A DNA stretch of 64,000 nt from Alphaproteobacteria bacterium (GCA_024402715.1 JAKSTF010000001.1:6757-70756); one strand, 5' to 3'. Numbered from the stretch's first letter, positions 31,243-41,646 are shown. The notes: generated from the letters alone by a model not told the origin. Made by a program: numbers and translations.

Positions 31243-32427
31243 TTATTTATGTCCGGCCAAAATCAATACAGATACCCCACCAATAAATGCGGTTACCCAC
31301 CACACAGCCGATGTTGCACCAAATATTGCAATGCACCCCGCCCCCAAAATCGGTGCAATTACGTTTGGTAAATTCGCACTGGTTCGGAAAATACCATAAA
31401 AACGTGATTGCTGGGATGGATGCGTTGCATCAAAAAATAATAAATCGTGCACAGATTCCATTAATGCCCCAGAAACCTGCCATACAACAAATATCATTAA
31501 CAATGGGAACCCGACAGAAAACGTTGCCAGTAATGATAATATTGCAAACGATAAAAATCCGGTAACCAACCATATTTTTTTACCCAATGCCCCAACCATA
31601 CGCCCCATTAATTCAGATAATAACAAATATGGTATTATCCCCAACGACAACACCCAACCCAGGGTGTCTTTGGAAAAACCATTTTCAATAACAACGATTG
31701 GAACATACAAATAACGCATTGCACGCAATGAATAATATCCAAAATTTACCGCATACGCACGGGACATACCGGGGAATCTGAAAAATGCCAATGTGTTACG
31801 CCACAATGCCCGAAATGTTCGACGTGGATTAACACGTCTGATACGTTTATCCGGTTGGATAATATTAAAATACGCAAAAACCATACAGCATGCAAAATAT
31901 ATTATTGATGATGCAAAAAATGCCGCACGGTTATTAAAATATGTTGCAATTGTTACCGCAATCATTGGGGCAAACAATGCCCCAACATTAACCCATAAAT
32001 GATATCTGGAATTTAATTTTGCCATGCCGATTCCATGTGAAAAATCAGACATAAATAATGGTATTAAAACACCGACCAACGTTGCCGCAATGCCAGAAGT
32101 AAAATCCAATGTTATAAACGTAGATGGTCGGATTGAAAACCCCATCATGGCATAACATAATGCCAACATTAAAACAGAAAAATAAAATATACGTGTTTTT
32201 GAAAACAAACGGAAAATTTCATTTGCAAACAGGCCCACAATCATACAAAACGCAGCGTATATTGCAACATAAACACCAACAAATGCACTGGAACGGAATA
32301 TTTCCAACAAAACCAATGAATATACCGCATTATAAATACCATCCGCAAACCCGGTAAATAACCCCAGATTGGCAAATGAAAAACCACTGATATTGTCACG
32401 AACGTAAATATATTTGTCTTTGGCCAT
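31243..32427 (-). CDS. MFS transporter
   Basis: About 12 hydrophobic segments in 394 aa arranged 6+6. Confidence 0.75.
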   Translation of the reverse strand: MAKDKYIYVRDNISGFSFANLGLFTGFADGIYNAVYSLVLLEIFRSSAFVGVYVAIYAAFCMIVGLFANEIFRLFSKTRIFYFSVLMLALCYAMMGFSIRPSTFITLDFTSGIAATLVGVLIPLFMSDFSHGIGMAKLNSRYHLWVNVGALFAPMIAVTIATYFNNRAAFFASSIIYFACCMVFAYFNIIQPDKRIRRVNPRRTFRALWRNTLAFFRFPGMSRAYAVNFGYYSLRAMRYLYVPIVVIENGFSKDTLGWVLSLGIIPYLLLSELMGRMVGALGKKIWLVTGFLSFAILSLLATFSVGFPLLMIFVVWQVSGALMESVHDLLFFDATHPSQQSRFYGIFRTSANLPNVIAPILGAGCIAIFGATSAVWWVTAFIGGVSVLILAGHK

Positions 32428-32471
32428 GGTGATGCTGATTCTACCATATTTTATTTAAAATACAAAATATG

Positions 32472-32497
32472 AAAAAATCCGCCAAATGGCGGATTTT
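32472..32497 (-). terminator. Terminator after secB (C-AAAT-G loop family)
   Basis: AAAATCCGCC-AAAT-GGCGGATTTT. Confidence 0.75.
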
Positions 32498-32516
32498 AAT
32501 TGCACAAATGTTTAAT

Positions 32517-32966
32517 TTATGCATTTGCCGGCTGTTGGGTCTGAGCCTTTTTTTGTTCATACATCTGTTCAAAATCAATTGGCTGCATTGTAAACATTGG
32601 GAAACCTGATTCAGATGTCATACGCGAAACCAATGCCCGAACAGATGGGAATAACAATGTCGGAACATCAATCATCAATGTACGTTTTTTCTTTTCTTCA
32701 TCTTTTTCTTCACCCATTTGAACCAATCCAGAATATGTACAATCAATCATGAATATAGTTTTATCACCATTTTCCAATTTTGAATGAACACGTGCGATCA
32801 AATCAACCATAAACAAATTGTTATCCGCACCCTTAATCTGAAGATCAATACCAATTTCTATCTTTGCCTGGCCATTATCTTTGTTATTAAAAAACAATTC
32901 TGGAACATTTGGGCTTTCAAATGAAAAATCCTTTAAGAATTGAGATATTATATTAAAATTTATCAT
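32517..32966 (-). CDS. secB: Protein-export chaperone SecB
   Basis: QFLKDFSFESPN, PTLLFP, GFP..PIDF. Confidence 0.93.
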   Translation of the reverse strand: MINFNIISQFLKDFSFESPNVPELFFNNKDNGQAKIEIGIDLQIKGADNNLFMVDLIARVHSKLENGDKTIFMIDCTYSGLVQMGEEKDEEKKKRTLMIDVPTLLFPSVRALVSRMTSESGFPMFTMQPIDFEQMYEQKKAQTQQPANA

Positions 32967-33077
32967 TATTTTTACTCCTTACCTTAAATAATCGGAAAAT
33001 GTGGTCTGGACTTGTTTCCGCATTTTATGATAATATAACATCAGAGACGTATTTTTACAAGTGGGGGTTTATAAATT

Positions 33078-34178
33078 ATGAAACATTTTTTTGAATTCGT
33101 TAGTTTTCGTTCCATATTGGCCACATTTGCCATTGTCGCTATGTCTGCATGTGATTTATCGATATCAACTAAAACAGGTGATGATTCTGTAATTCCATCA
33201 AACATGCGTGAAGTTTCATATTCAGATATTCCTGGTTGGCATGATGATGATGTTAGATATGCATTACAAGCCTTCAGAAATTCATGCAAAGCCAAAATAC
33301 AATATTCTGGCCGGGTGATACCAGATAAAGAATTATTCCAAGAAAAATGTCGTATGTTACCATCTGCATCGGCAGATGTTGCAACTGTACGTGCATGGTT
33401 TGAAACAAATTTTCAACCATATTTGATAACTGATTCTGGTTCTAAAAAAGGTACATTTACCGGTTATTATTCTCCAATTATTCCAGCATGTCGAACAAAA
33501 ACAGCACAATGTAATGAACCATTAATGGATGTTCCAATCGATGGTCGTGAATACAAAGGTGTTTCAAAAAAAGAAATTGTTGAAAAACGTATCGGTCGTG
33601 TTTTGTATTGGGCCAACATTGTTGATGTTCAAAACATCCAAATCCAAGGCAGTGGTATGTTAAAGTTAGAAGATGGAACAAACGTTAAATTGAACTTTGC
33701 ATCTACAAACGATTTAACCTTTAAATCCATTGGGGATGAATTACGCAGTCGTGGCATTCGCCCAGATGGAGGGTATACATCTGATGCGGTATGGACATAT
33801 TTAAAGAAAAACCCAAGTTTAGCCCGTGATGTGATTTATAAAAATCCACGATATGTATATTTCCACCAGGCCAGTTCATCTGATGTTATTGGCAAAATGG
33901 GGACACCATTATCGAAAATCCGTTCCATCGCATTGGACACCGACATATATACATTGGGAATGCCAGCATTTGTTGACACAACCTTATCCGATGGTCGTAA
34001 ATTCCGTCGTTTAATGATTGCCCAAGATACAGGTAACGCCATCAAGGGATGGATTCGCGGTGATATATTCTTTGGCACAGGCGATGCTGCATATAAATTT
34101 GCACACAGCCAACACAGCCAGGGGGCATTGTATATCTTGATGCCAAAGGTATATAAGTATGTCAAACCAAACCGTTAA
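33078..34178 (+). CDS. mltA: Membrane-bound lytic transglycosylase MltA (lipoprotein)
   Basis: Lipobox MSAC; FTGYYSP, QIQGSG, NPRYVYF, AQDTGNAIKG..RGDIFFG. Confidence 0.92.
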   Translation: MKHFFEFVSFRSILATFAIVAMSACDLSISTKTGDDSVIPSNMREVSYSDIPGWHDDDVRYALQAFRNSCKAKIQYSGRVIPDKELFQEKCRMLPSASADVATVRAWFETNFQPYLITDSGSKKGTFTGYYSPIIPACRTKTAQCNEPLMDVPIDGREYKGVSKKEIVEKRIGRVLYWANIVDVQNIQIQGSGMLKLEDGTNVKLNFASTNDLTFKSIGDELRSRGIRPDGGYTSDAVWTYLKKNPSLARDVIYKNPRYVYFHQASSSDVIGKMGTPLSKIRSIALDTDIYTLGMPAFVDTTLSDGRKFRRLMIAQDTGNAIKGWIRGDIFFGTGDAAYKFAHSQHSQGALYILMPKVYKYVKPNR

Positions 34179-34491
34179 AAAGATTTATCAACGTACAGCG
34201 CGGCCCCAAACCATTGCAGGTGCCATGGGTGGTTTAATGCGAATGTTCGGTATCCGGGCATCCGATTCTGATTTGGTAAACCGGTGGGCAGATATTATGG
34301 GACCTGATATTGCCCAAACCGCTGTACCGGTTGCAATAAAAAAAATGCGCGATGGGCGTTTTTCCATAGTATTACGTCCAACAAATCCCGCATTCACATT
34401 GGCATTATCTTATCGCGTTGGTGAAATAACTGACAAAATTAATAAATATTTTGGGCGTGATGCGGTTGGAAAAATTAGTTTTAGAAAATAA
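34159..34491 (+). CDS. DciA/DUF721-family protein
   Basis: LVNRWADIMGPDIA..P..KINKYFGRDAV pattern. Confidence 0.75.
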   Translation: MSNQTVKKIYQRTARPQTIAGAMGGLMRMFGIRASDSDLVNRWADIMGPDIAQTAVPVAIKKMRDGRFSIVLRPTNPAFTLALSYRVGEITDKINKYFGRDAVGKISFRK

Positions 34492-34501
34492 TTTTATATA
34501 T

Positions 34502-34529
34502 AAAAACACCGGCAAACGCCGGTATTTTT
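34502..34529. terminator. Bidirectional terminator, near-identical to the 40039 and 48494 elements
   Basis: AAAAACACCGGC-AAAC-GCCGGTATTTTT. Confidence 0.8.
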
Positions 34530-34534
34530 ATAAT

Positions 34535-34813
34535 TTATTTAAATAATACTCTGCGTTCGCACCACAGAGATATTGCAGGAACCAAAAACATAATAATTCC
34601 CAACATTTGCCATAACGCAATCCCCGCAATCATTGCACAATACATTGTTATTGGTGATATACCACTGATTATTACGGCCATATATACGAATGACGGAATA
34701 AACGTTAAACACCAAACAATCAATCCCAATATCAAATTAATAAAAAATGCACGAAACAACACACGTTGCTTTGATAACATGTGCACTTGCATATCTGTAC
34801 TGTCGTTTTTCAT
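34535..34813 (-). CDS. Small hypothetical membrane protein
   Basis: 92 aa, 2-3 hydrophobic segments, AAGGA RBS. Confidence 0.6.
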   Translation of the reverse strand: MKNDSTDMQVHMLSKQRVLFRAFFINLILGLIVWCLTFIPSFVYMAVIISGISPITMYCAMIAGIALWQMLGIIMFLVPAISLWCERRVLFK

Positions 34814-34862
34814 TTTTCATCCTTTATCTTACAATACATATTATATCATAAATAAATAATTC

Positions 34863-35339
34863 CTAAAATTTGAATTTTTTCATATTAGCGTGTGCCAGTG
34901 CAATTGCAATTGCATCGCTTTCATCCGGTGTTTTAGGTTTTGCCGCAGGTAATAACATACGGACCATTTTATACACCTGATCTTTATCCGCATGACCAGC
35001 CGATGTTAATGTCTTTTTTATTTTATTTGGCTCATATTCATTAACAGGTATATCATGATTAGCAATTGCAACCATCGCAGCCGCACGCGCATGTCCCAAT
35101 GCTAATGTTGTTGTTGGATTTTTATTTACAAATGTAATCTCTATACTGCATTCATCTGGTTTAAATGTTTCACACAATTCATTTACCCCACGAAATATTG
35201 TCGCCAGACGCACTGCAAATTCATCACGTGGCTTTGGTAATATAACCCCACTGGCCACATAATGATATTCAGACCCATTTGTATCAATTACAGCCCACCC
35301 CGTATGTAATAATCCTGGATCAATTCCGATAATTCTCAC
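34863..35339 (-). CDS. ruvC: Holliday junction resolvase RuvC
   Basis: IIGIDPGL..TGW, LGHAR, DESDAIAIA. Confidence 0.95.
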   Translation of the reverse strand: MRIIGIDPGLLHTGWAVIDTNGSEYHYVASGVILPKPRDEFAVRLATIFRGVNELCETFKPDECSIEITFVNKNPTTTLALGHARAAAMVAIANHDIPVNEYEPNKIKKTLTSAGHADKDQVYKMVRMLLPAAKPKTPDESDAIAIALAHANMKKFKF

Positions 35340-35370
35340 ATTTTCTTCCTTATGTTATAATATTATAAAT

Positions 35371-35398
35371 AAAAAATGCCGCATTTGCGACATTTTTT
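35371..35398 (-). terminator. Terminator-like hairpin between yebC and ruvC
   Basis: AAAAAATGCCGC-ATTT-GCGACATTTTTT. Confidence 0.6.
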
Positions 35399-35424
35399 AT
35401 TTTTCAATTTTTGCATAAATATTA

Positions 35425-36141
35425 TTATGCAGCGGCTGTAAACACTTTTTGAACGTCATCATTATCGTCCAATGCTTCAACCAATTTTTCAATTTTTGCA
35501 TATGTTTCATCGTCCAAATCCATTGGCATATTTGGCAACCATGTTAATTCTGCATTTTCTGGTTCACCCAATTTATCGGCCAATGCCTTTTGAACCGTAA
35601 TGAAATCATCAGGTTTTGTTGTAATAATAAAACCTTCTTCGGACGTTTCCAAATTATCCGCATTTGCATCCATAATGATTTCCATCATTTCATCTTCTGT
35701 TTTACCAATGCTGGCCGGATACATGATTTGACCGGCACGTGTGAACATGAATACAACACTGCCCTCTTCACCCATATTACCGCCATTTTTAGCAAAAATA
35801 TTACGAATTTCTGGAACTGTGCGACGTGGATTATCGGTTAATGCCTCTACAATAACAGGAACCGCCCCAGGTCCATAACCTTCATAGCGAACGCCTACAT
35901 AATTTTCTGTATTACTGCCTGATGCCTTATCAATTGCACGTTTAATATTATCGTTTGGCATAGAATTTTTACGTGCCTGCAAAATCGCTAAACGCAAACG
36001 CGGGTTATTGTCTGGACTTTTATCACCCAATTTTGCAGCCATTGTTATTTCACGTGCCAATTTTGTGAACAAACCACTGCGTGCGGCGTCCACTGCACCC
36101 TTTTTATGTTGGATGTTATGCCATTTACTGTGACCACTCAT
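35425..36141 (-). CDS. yebC: YebC/PmpR family protein
   Basis: MSGHSKWHNIQHKK, YEGYGPG, TDNPRRT, DDVQKV. Confidence 0.95.
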   Translation of the reverse strand: MSGHSKWHNIQHKKGAVDAARSGLFTKLAREITMAAKLGDKSPDNNPRLRLAILQARKNSMPNDNIKRAIDKASGSNTENYVGVRYEGYGPGAVPVIVEALTDNPRRTVPEIRNIFAKNGGNMGEEGSVVFMFTRAGQIMYPASIGKTEDEMMEIIMDANADNLETSEEGFIITTKPDDFITVQKALADKLGEPENAELTWLPNMPMDLDDETYAKIEKLVEALDDNDDVQKVFTAAA

Positions 36142-36191
36142 ATTTGACCTTTTATTTTATTTAGATTAAAATTACACCAAAAGGATAACAA

Positions 36192-36770
36192 ATGATTGGA
36201 AAATTGCAAGGCACAATTGATTATATTGGTGATGGTTTCGTTATTTTAATGGCCGGCTCCGTTGGATACAAGGTTTTTACGCCAGAATATTTAAAACCTA
36301 AAGATACAGTTAGTTTATGGATTGAAACGGTTGTACGCGAAGATTCTATCCGTTTGTTCGGTTTTTCCAGCATTGCTGCACAAAATTTATTTAATCAATT
36401 AACCGGCGTTTCTGGCGTTGGTCCAAAAGTTGCAATGGCAATATTGGGAACAATTAAAACGGATACACTGTTGTCAGCAATTGCAACGGGTGATGCAAAA
36501 ACAATTGCCACCGCACCGGGGGTTGGGAAAAAGGTTGCAGAAAAAATAATCGTTGAATTAAAATCAAAAATTACATCTGGGACGTCAATGGAATTTGCAC
36601 AAGATGCATCAACGGGTGCCATGCCGGATTTATTGGCTGCGTTAGAATCACTTGGGTACAGACGATTGGATATAATTGATATGGCACAAAAATTGGTATC
36701 TGAAAATCCAGGGGCGGATGTAACCAAATTAGTCCCAATGGCATTAAAATTGATTAGCGGAAATAAATGA
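36192..36770 (+). CDS. ruvA: Holliday junction branch migration protein RuvA
   Basis: MIGKLQG, VVREDS..LFGF, HhH motifs VSGVGPKVA and PGVGKKVAEKI. Confidence 0.96.
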   Translation: MIGKLQGTIDYIGDGFVILMAGSVGYKVFTPEYLKPKDTVSLWIETVVREDSIRLFGFSSIAAQNLFNQLTGVSGVGPKVAMAILGTIKTDTLLSAIATGDAKTIATAPGVGKKVAEKIIVELKSKITSGTSMEFAQDASTGAMPDLLAALESLGYRRLDIIDMAQKLVSENPGADVTKLVPMALKLISGNK

Positions 36771-36771
36771 A

Positions 36772-38070
36772 ATGAATAACGATATTATTTTTGCCCTGTC
36801 ATCTGGGCATGGAAAATCTGGTGTGGCAGTAATTCGCGTATCTGGTGATAGTTTACACGATATGTTTATTCGTATGTCTGGACGTTCTGATTTTTTGCCA
36901 CGTATGACATATTTTACAAATCTGCGCGATGAATCCGGTGATTTAATTGATCAGGTTATTTTGATTTATTTTGCAGCCCCCGCATCATTTACCGGTACAG
37001 ATGTTATTGAAATTCATTCGCATGGTGCCCCAGCAGTAATAGAAAAAATATTTACATATCTATCTGAAACATTTGGTGCCCGTATGGCGGAACGTGGTGA
37101 ATTTTCTAAACGTGCGTTTTATAATAATAAAATGGATTTGACCGATGTTGATGGATTGGCGGCTTTATTAGATGCAACAACCGACCAACAAAGGCGATGT
37201 GCATTGCGTTCTTTGACCGGTGGGGACAGCAAAATATACAACACATGGCGAAATCAGATGATTGAAATATCTGGGTATGCCGCAGCAATATTGGATTACG
37301 AAGCGAACGATTTACCAAAGAATATTGGTGATACAGTGCGTAATAAAACACAAAAATTATATGATGAAATATCCGTATCATTATCACGGAATGCCGCTGC
37401 ACGTGCCGTACGCGGCGGATTTAATATTGTTTTTGCCGGTGAACCCAATGTTGGTAAATCATCGCTGTTTAATTATTTGGCTGGTGCCAATCGTGCAATT
37501 GTTTCTGATATTCCAGGAACAACGCGTGATGTCGTATCTGTTAATTTAGATATTGATGGATATTTAGTAAATTTATCAGACACGGCCGGCCTGCGTGATG
37601 GTGGGGACATAATTGAACAAATTGGGATTAAAAAAACACATCAAGAAATAGAAAACGCAAATTTAATTATCCGGGTATATTGTTCTGACAATAATATACA
37701 ACCAAATACGAATGAAATTATTGTAATAAATAAATCTGATTTATTAACAACACGTGAAAATAAAAATGCAATTTATGTATCTGCCAAAAGGGGTGATGGC
37801 ATTACAGATTTTATGAACGCAATACGAAAAAAAATACATGCATTGATGGATAATACAGAAAATGATTTGATATTAAACGCACGTACATTTACATTATTAA
37901 CCGATGCGAAAAATGAATTACAAAATGCATTGAATTTGTCCGATGATAATTATGATATATTTTCCGAACATGTTCATCGGGCCGCAAACAGCATTGGTAA
38001 AATATTGGGCCAAATTACAGCCGCCGATGTTATGGATGCAACATTTGGCCAATTATGTCTGGGGAAATGA
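36772..38070 (+). CDS. mnmE: tRNA modification GTPase MnmE/TrmE
   Basis: SFTGTDVIEIHSHG, GEPNVGKSSL, PGTTRD, DTAG, C-terminal CLGK. Confidence 0.96.
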   Translation: MNNDIIFALSSGHGKSGVAVIRVSGDSLHDMFIRMSGRSDFLPRMTYFTNLRDESGDLIDQVILIYFAAPASFTGTDVIEIHSHGAPAVIEKIFTYLSETFGARMAERGEFSKRAFYNNKMDLTDVDGLAALLDATTDQQRRCALRSLTGGDSKIYNTWRNQMIEISGYAAAILDYEANDLPKNIGDTVRNKTQKLYDEISVSLSRNAAARAVRGGFNIVFAGEPNVGKSSLFNYLAGANRAIVSDIPGTTRDVVSVNLDIDGYLVNLSDTAGLRDGGDIIEQIGIKKTHQEIENANLIIRVYCSDNNIQPNTNEIIVINKSDLLTTRENKNAIYVSAKRGDGITDFMNAIRKKIHALMDNTENDLILNARTFTLLTDAKNELQNALNLSDDNYDIFSEHVHRAANSIGKILGQITAADVMDATFGQLCLGK

Positions 38071-38100
38071 TAATTTATATGCCCCAATTCTGGGGCATTT

Positions 38101-39987
38101 TTATTTTTTTGTATTATCATTAGATTTGTCACGGTTTATTATCATATCACCAACCGCACCGCCAACAACACCGGTTGCGGTTAAACCAATTCCAATATTA
38201 CGTTTCGTTTTTGTATCTGATTTTTGTTCATCTAATTTTTCCGCATCCGCACCATCTGGATTGGTTAATGCACGATAAATGGATGTAAACGCCCCTTCGG
38301 CCGGTGCAACCGATACGTCATCGTATAAGCCTGTTTGCGATGCATCCAATACAACCTCTGATTCAATACCAGGCTTCATCCCCAATGCCTGTTTCCGTAT
38401 CTTTAAATCATTGGCCAATCGCATATATTCACCATAATATTCAATCAATGCATTACCACCCGGTAATTGTATTTCGGTTTCGCCCCCCTTATACGATTTA
38501 CCACCACCATAATCACAACGAAATGTTTCCAGATATGCACGCATGTCAGCCTCGGCCTGTTCATCTGATTTGGCCTCTGATATGGCGGATGCCAACTGCA
38601 TTCCACCAATACCCGCCGCCGCCATCGATGCCGCCCCCAATGCCTTGTTCGCAGTACTGGTTTCTTTGGCGCGTGCTGCGTCGTATGCCTGTTGCAGTTG
38701 TTCAATACGTTCTTTCTTTTCTTGATATTCGGCCATTTTATCAATAAATTTTAATAATTGTTGATTCGACATATTTGGAATATCAGACATCGCATTTGTT
38801 AACTCATCCCCCAAATTTTGGACATCCATTTTATAACTTAGTTTCTGCGTTTTCCTATCTGAATTTTCCGTTTTTGAAATACCGTCGTATAAATCTGTCG
38901 GTATTTCAGCCAAATTTTCTTCATTGGCATTTTTCACATCATATTTCTTGATAAGTTCTTTGATTCTTTCATCAAATTGTTTTGCCGAAACCATATAATC
39001 TGTATTGTCAGAATCCGTCAATCCATCTGCCCCATAAGAACAAGTCCCATATAAAAAATTTCCGTCATCGGATATATATCCACCACCCGAATTTCCCTGC
39101 CAAGAATCACATGTTGTTGCCAAAATATCAGGATAATATGTTGAATGTCTTAAATTCCCCTGCTTGTTACATATATTAATAAATTTTTCATACTCTTCTT
39201 TTATAATTTCTTCTGGTCTTTGATTTTTCTTCATAAAAGAATATTTACTATATATTTTCCTGCAATCTTCAAATACTATTTTACATTTACTTGCCTTCAA
39301 TTTATTATCGCTTAATTTCGTTCCCAATTGGACTGATATTTCTTGTTCTAAATCAGCTATGTCCACAATATTTTTTCTATCATTTATATCTTTTTCATTA
39401 TTTTTTATTACCAATTCATTATAAATTGTTCGAATCCTGTTTAATTCATCATCTGAAAATATTTTCGCCCAACCATACCCGACATTTATTACATCCGTTG
39501 TTGATTCTGGAATTTTAATATCAAAATAATTTTCATTATATCCAAATCCATCTAAGTCTGGGATTAACCAAACAGCCCAATCCCCCAATTCATCTATCCC
39601 ATTTCCACGATAACCTGTATCAATCAAAAATACCTTTACGTTGTTTCCATCATAAGTTTTAATCATATAACTTATTACATGTTGATCTTTATTAAATTCC
39701 ACTTCATCTTCTTGCAAATATTCTTTCACTTCTTTTTCTGTTAAAACACAATGACCCGCCGATAAAATTAAGTTTTGTGAAATATATTGTGCAGTACAGT
39801 GACTCACCGGAACAAAACGGTCTGTCTCTATAAAAACAATACCTGAACTTAATTTTACAAACCTGTTATACGGGGACTTTTCCTGCATTTCACGTGTTAC
39901 ATAATATCTGTTATCTGCGTCCCCAACACCCGCATAAACCGCGTTCAAAACCATTACAAAAAAACAGAAAAATGATAATAATTTCAC
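38101..39987 (-). CDS. Secreted trypsin-like (S1) serine protease with coiled-coil and Gly/Ala-rich C-terminal region
   Basis: Signal peptide; CTAQ..SAGHCV (His), GDWAV (Asp), GNSGG (Ser); GTG start at 39987 or 39993. Confidence 0.8.
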   Translation of the reverse strand: MKLLSFFCFFVMVLNAVYAGVGDADNRYYVTREMQEKSPYNRFVKLSSGIVFIETDRFVPVSHCTAQYISQNLILSAGHCVLTEKEVKEYLQEDEVEFNKDQHVISYMIKTYDGNNVKVFLIDTGYRGNGIDELGDWAVWLIPDLDGFGYNENYFDIKIPESTTDVINVGYGWAKIFSDDELNRIRTIYNELVIKNNEKDINDRKNIVDIADLEQEISVQLGTKLSDNKLKASKCKIVFEDCRKIYSKYSFMKKNQRPEEIIKEEYEKFINICNKQGNLRHSTYYPDILATTCDSWQGNSGGGYISDDGNFLYGTCSYGADGLTDSDNTDYMVSAKQFDERIKELIKKYDVKNANEENLAEIPTDLYDGISKTENSDRKTQKLSYKMDVQNLGDELTNAMSDIPNMSNQQLLKFIDKMAEYQEKKERIEQLQQAYDAARAKETSTANKALGAASMAAAGIGGMQLASAISEAKSDEQAEADMRAYLETFRCDYGGGKSYKGGETEIQLPGGNALIEYYGEYMRLANDLKIRKQALGMKPGIESEVVLDASQTGLYDDVSVAPAEGAFTSIYRALTNPDGADAEKLDEQKSDTKTKRNIGIGLTATGVVGGAVGDMIINRDKSNDNTKK

Positions 39988-39994
39988 GCACACG

Positions 39995-40024
39995 ATTGTA
40001 TCAAAAAAAAAAAAAAAACGTCAA
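39995..40024 (-). promoter_or_regulatory. Sigma70-type promoter with a T16 homopolymer spacer
   Basis: Minus strand reads TTGACG-(T16 GA)-TACAAT, 18-bp spacer. Confidence 0.7.
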
Positions 40025-40038
40025 CATTATTTTCATAA

Positions 40039-40066
40039 AAAAATACCGGCAAATGCCGGTATTTTT
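40039..40066. terminator. Terminator, 28 bp identical to 48494-48521
   Basis: AAAAATACCGGC-AAAT-GCCGGTATTTTT. Confidence 0.85.
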
Positions 40067-41646
40067 TATTCTTTACGTATTGGATATTTTCCATCAATTA
40101 GGTTTTGACGAACCACATGATGTTTTATCTTTTGTGTACTGGTCATTGGCAATTCTTCGGTTGTCATTGCAAAATGGGTTACCCATTTATATGATGCAAC
40201 ACGTTTATTTGCCGCTGCAACCGCTGCAGATAATTTTTCAATTGTCATATCTTCATCAACACTGAAAACACCATACGTAACGGTTTTATCTTTGACAACA
40301 TGTTCAAATACCGCGACATTTTTTACCCCCGGGATTGTGATAAACAGACCCTCCAATTCATCTGGGTATACGTTTTTACCAGAATCCAAAACAATAACCT
40401 GTTTTTTACGTCCAGCAAAATGCAATTCGCCGTTTTTATCCATACGAACCATATCGCCTGTATTGAAAAAACCACGTTCATCAAACGCATTTTCATTTGC
40501 ACCCGGGTTATTTAAATATCCCCCAAAAACCTGGTGACCACGTAACCACAGAACACCGACACCTTCTTCATTTTTATCACGAATTTCACATTCGTTGTTC
40601 AGCGTTGGTGCACCAAATGCGAATGGAAAACGTTTTTTTACAGGTTTTGATATACAAATTGGTCCCACAGTCTCTGTTAAACCATATCCCTGAATAAAAC
40701 GCATTCCCAAACGTTCATAAAACGTTTCAACCTCTGGCTTGGTGGCGGCACCACCGGCAATCATAACCGTTACACGTCCACCAAAGATTGCACGGACTGG
40801 ATCTTGAACTTTTTTAACCAAGAAGCCCAAACCAATTTTGTTCAACGTGTCGCCATATTTCAATACCAAAGATGCCAACCACCATTTATGCTGTGATTTA
40901 ATTTGATCGATAATCCGATTACGGATAACTTCGAACAAACGTGGAACCGCCGGTATAATCTGTGGACGATATTTTACAAAATCGGCCATTATTTCTTTTG
41001 GGTTAACGGTTGGTTGTAATAACATACCGGCCCCAAAATGCAATGTTGCCAATATCTCTACGGCAAAGCCGAATATATGATACATCGGCAAAAATCCATA
41101 CATGATATCACCGGCATGAATATAAGAATTCATTTCTTCTAACGAATTTGAACATTCAATCAAATTAAAGTGTGTTAATGGCACAACCTTTGGCTTGCCA
41201 GTGGAACCAGATGTAAATGACAGCGTTGCAACATCCAATGTTTCCAATGGGGCAGCAGACAATTCTGGATTAACATCACCGTCTGTTGACGTAATATCAA
41301 AAAACGTAAATTTATCCGTTTTGTAAAAAAACGATTTTTCTGCACATATAGTATGACAATCTGTGGTTGATGTCATATTGTCGTATTCAAACGGTGTTAA
41401 GTTTGTATCCAACAATAATACAGTTCCACCCAAATACCATATTGCAAATAATGTTACAGGGAATTGTGGAATATTATGTGATAAAACACCAACAATATCA
41501 CCACGTTTTACCCCCGCGGCATGCAACGATGCTGCACGGCGTTTTACTAAATTTAAAAATTGCGAAAAAGTAATCTCTTCACGAACCAGAAACAAATTAT
41601 CTGGCCATGTTGCAACTGCTTTCTCCAATAATTGATACATATTCAT
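40066..41646 (-). CDS. AMP-dependent acyl-CoA/acyl-ACP synthetase (long-chain fatty acid ligase-like)
   Basis: FTSGSTGKPK, QGYGLTET, FNTGD, GRKK..SGKNVYPDELE, TSTQKI; start moved to 41646. Confidence 0.9.
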   Translation of the reverse strand: MNMYQLLEKAVATWPDNLFLVREEITFSQFLNLVKRRAASLHAAGVKRGDIVGVLSHNIPQFPVTLFAIWYLGGTVLLLDTNLTPFEYDNMTSTTDCHTICAEKSFFYKTDKFTFFDITSTDGDVNPELSAAPLETLDVATLSFTSGSTGKPKVVPLTHFNLIECSNSLEEMNSYIHAGDIMYGFLPMYHIFGFAVEILATLHFGAGMLLQPTVNPKEIMADFVKYRPQIIPAVPRLFEVIRNRIIDQIKSQHKWWLASLVLKYGDTLNKIGLGFLVKKVQDPVRAIFGGRVTVMIAGGAATKPEVETFYERLGMRFIQGYGLTETVGPICISKPVKKRFPFAFGAPTLNNECEIRDKNEEGVGVLWLRGHQVFGGYLNNPGANENAFDERGFFNTGDMVRMDKNGELHFAGRKKQVIVLDSGKNVYPDELEGLFITIPGVKNVAVFEHVVKDKTVTYGVFSVDEDMTIEKLSAAVAAANKRVASYKWVTHFAMTTEELPMTSTQKIKHHVVRQNLIDGKYPIRKE

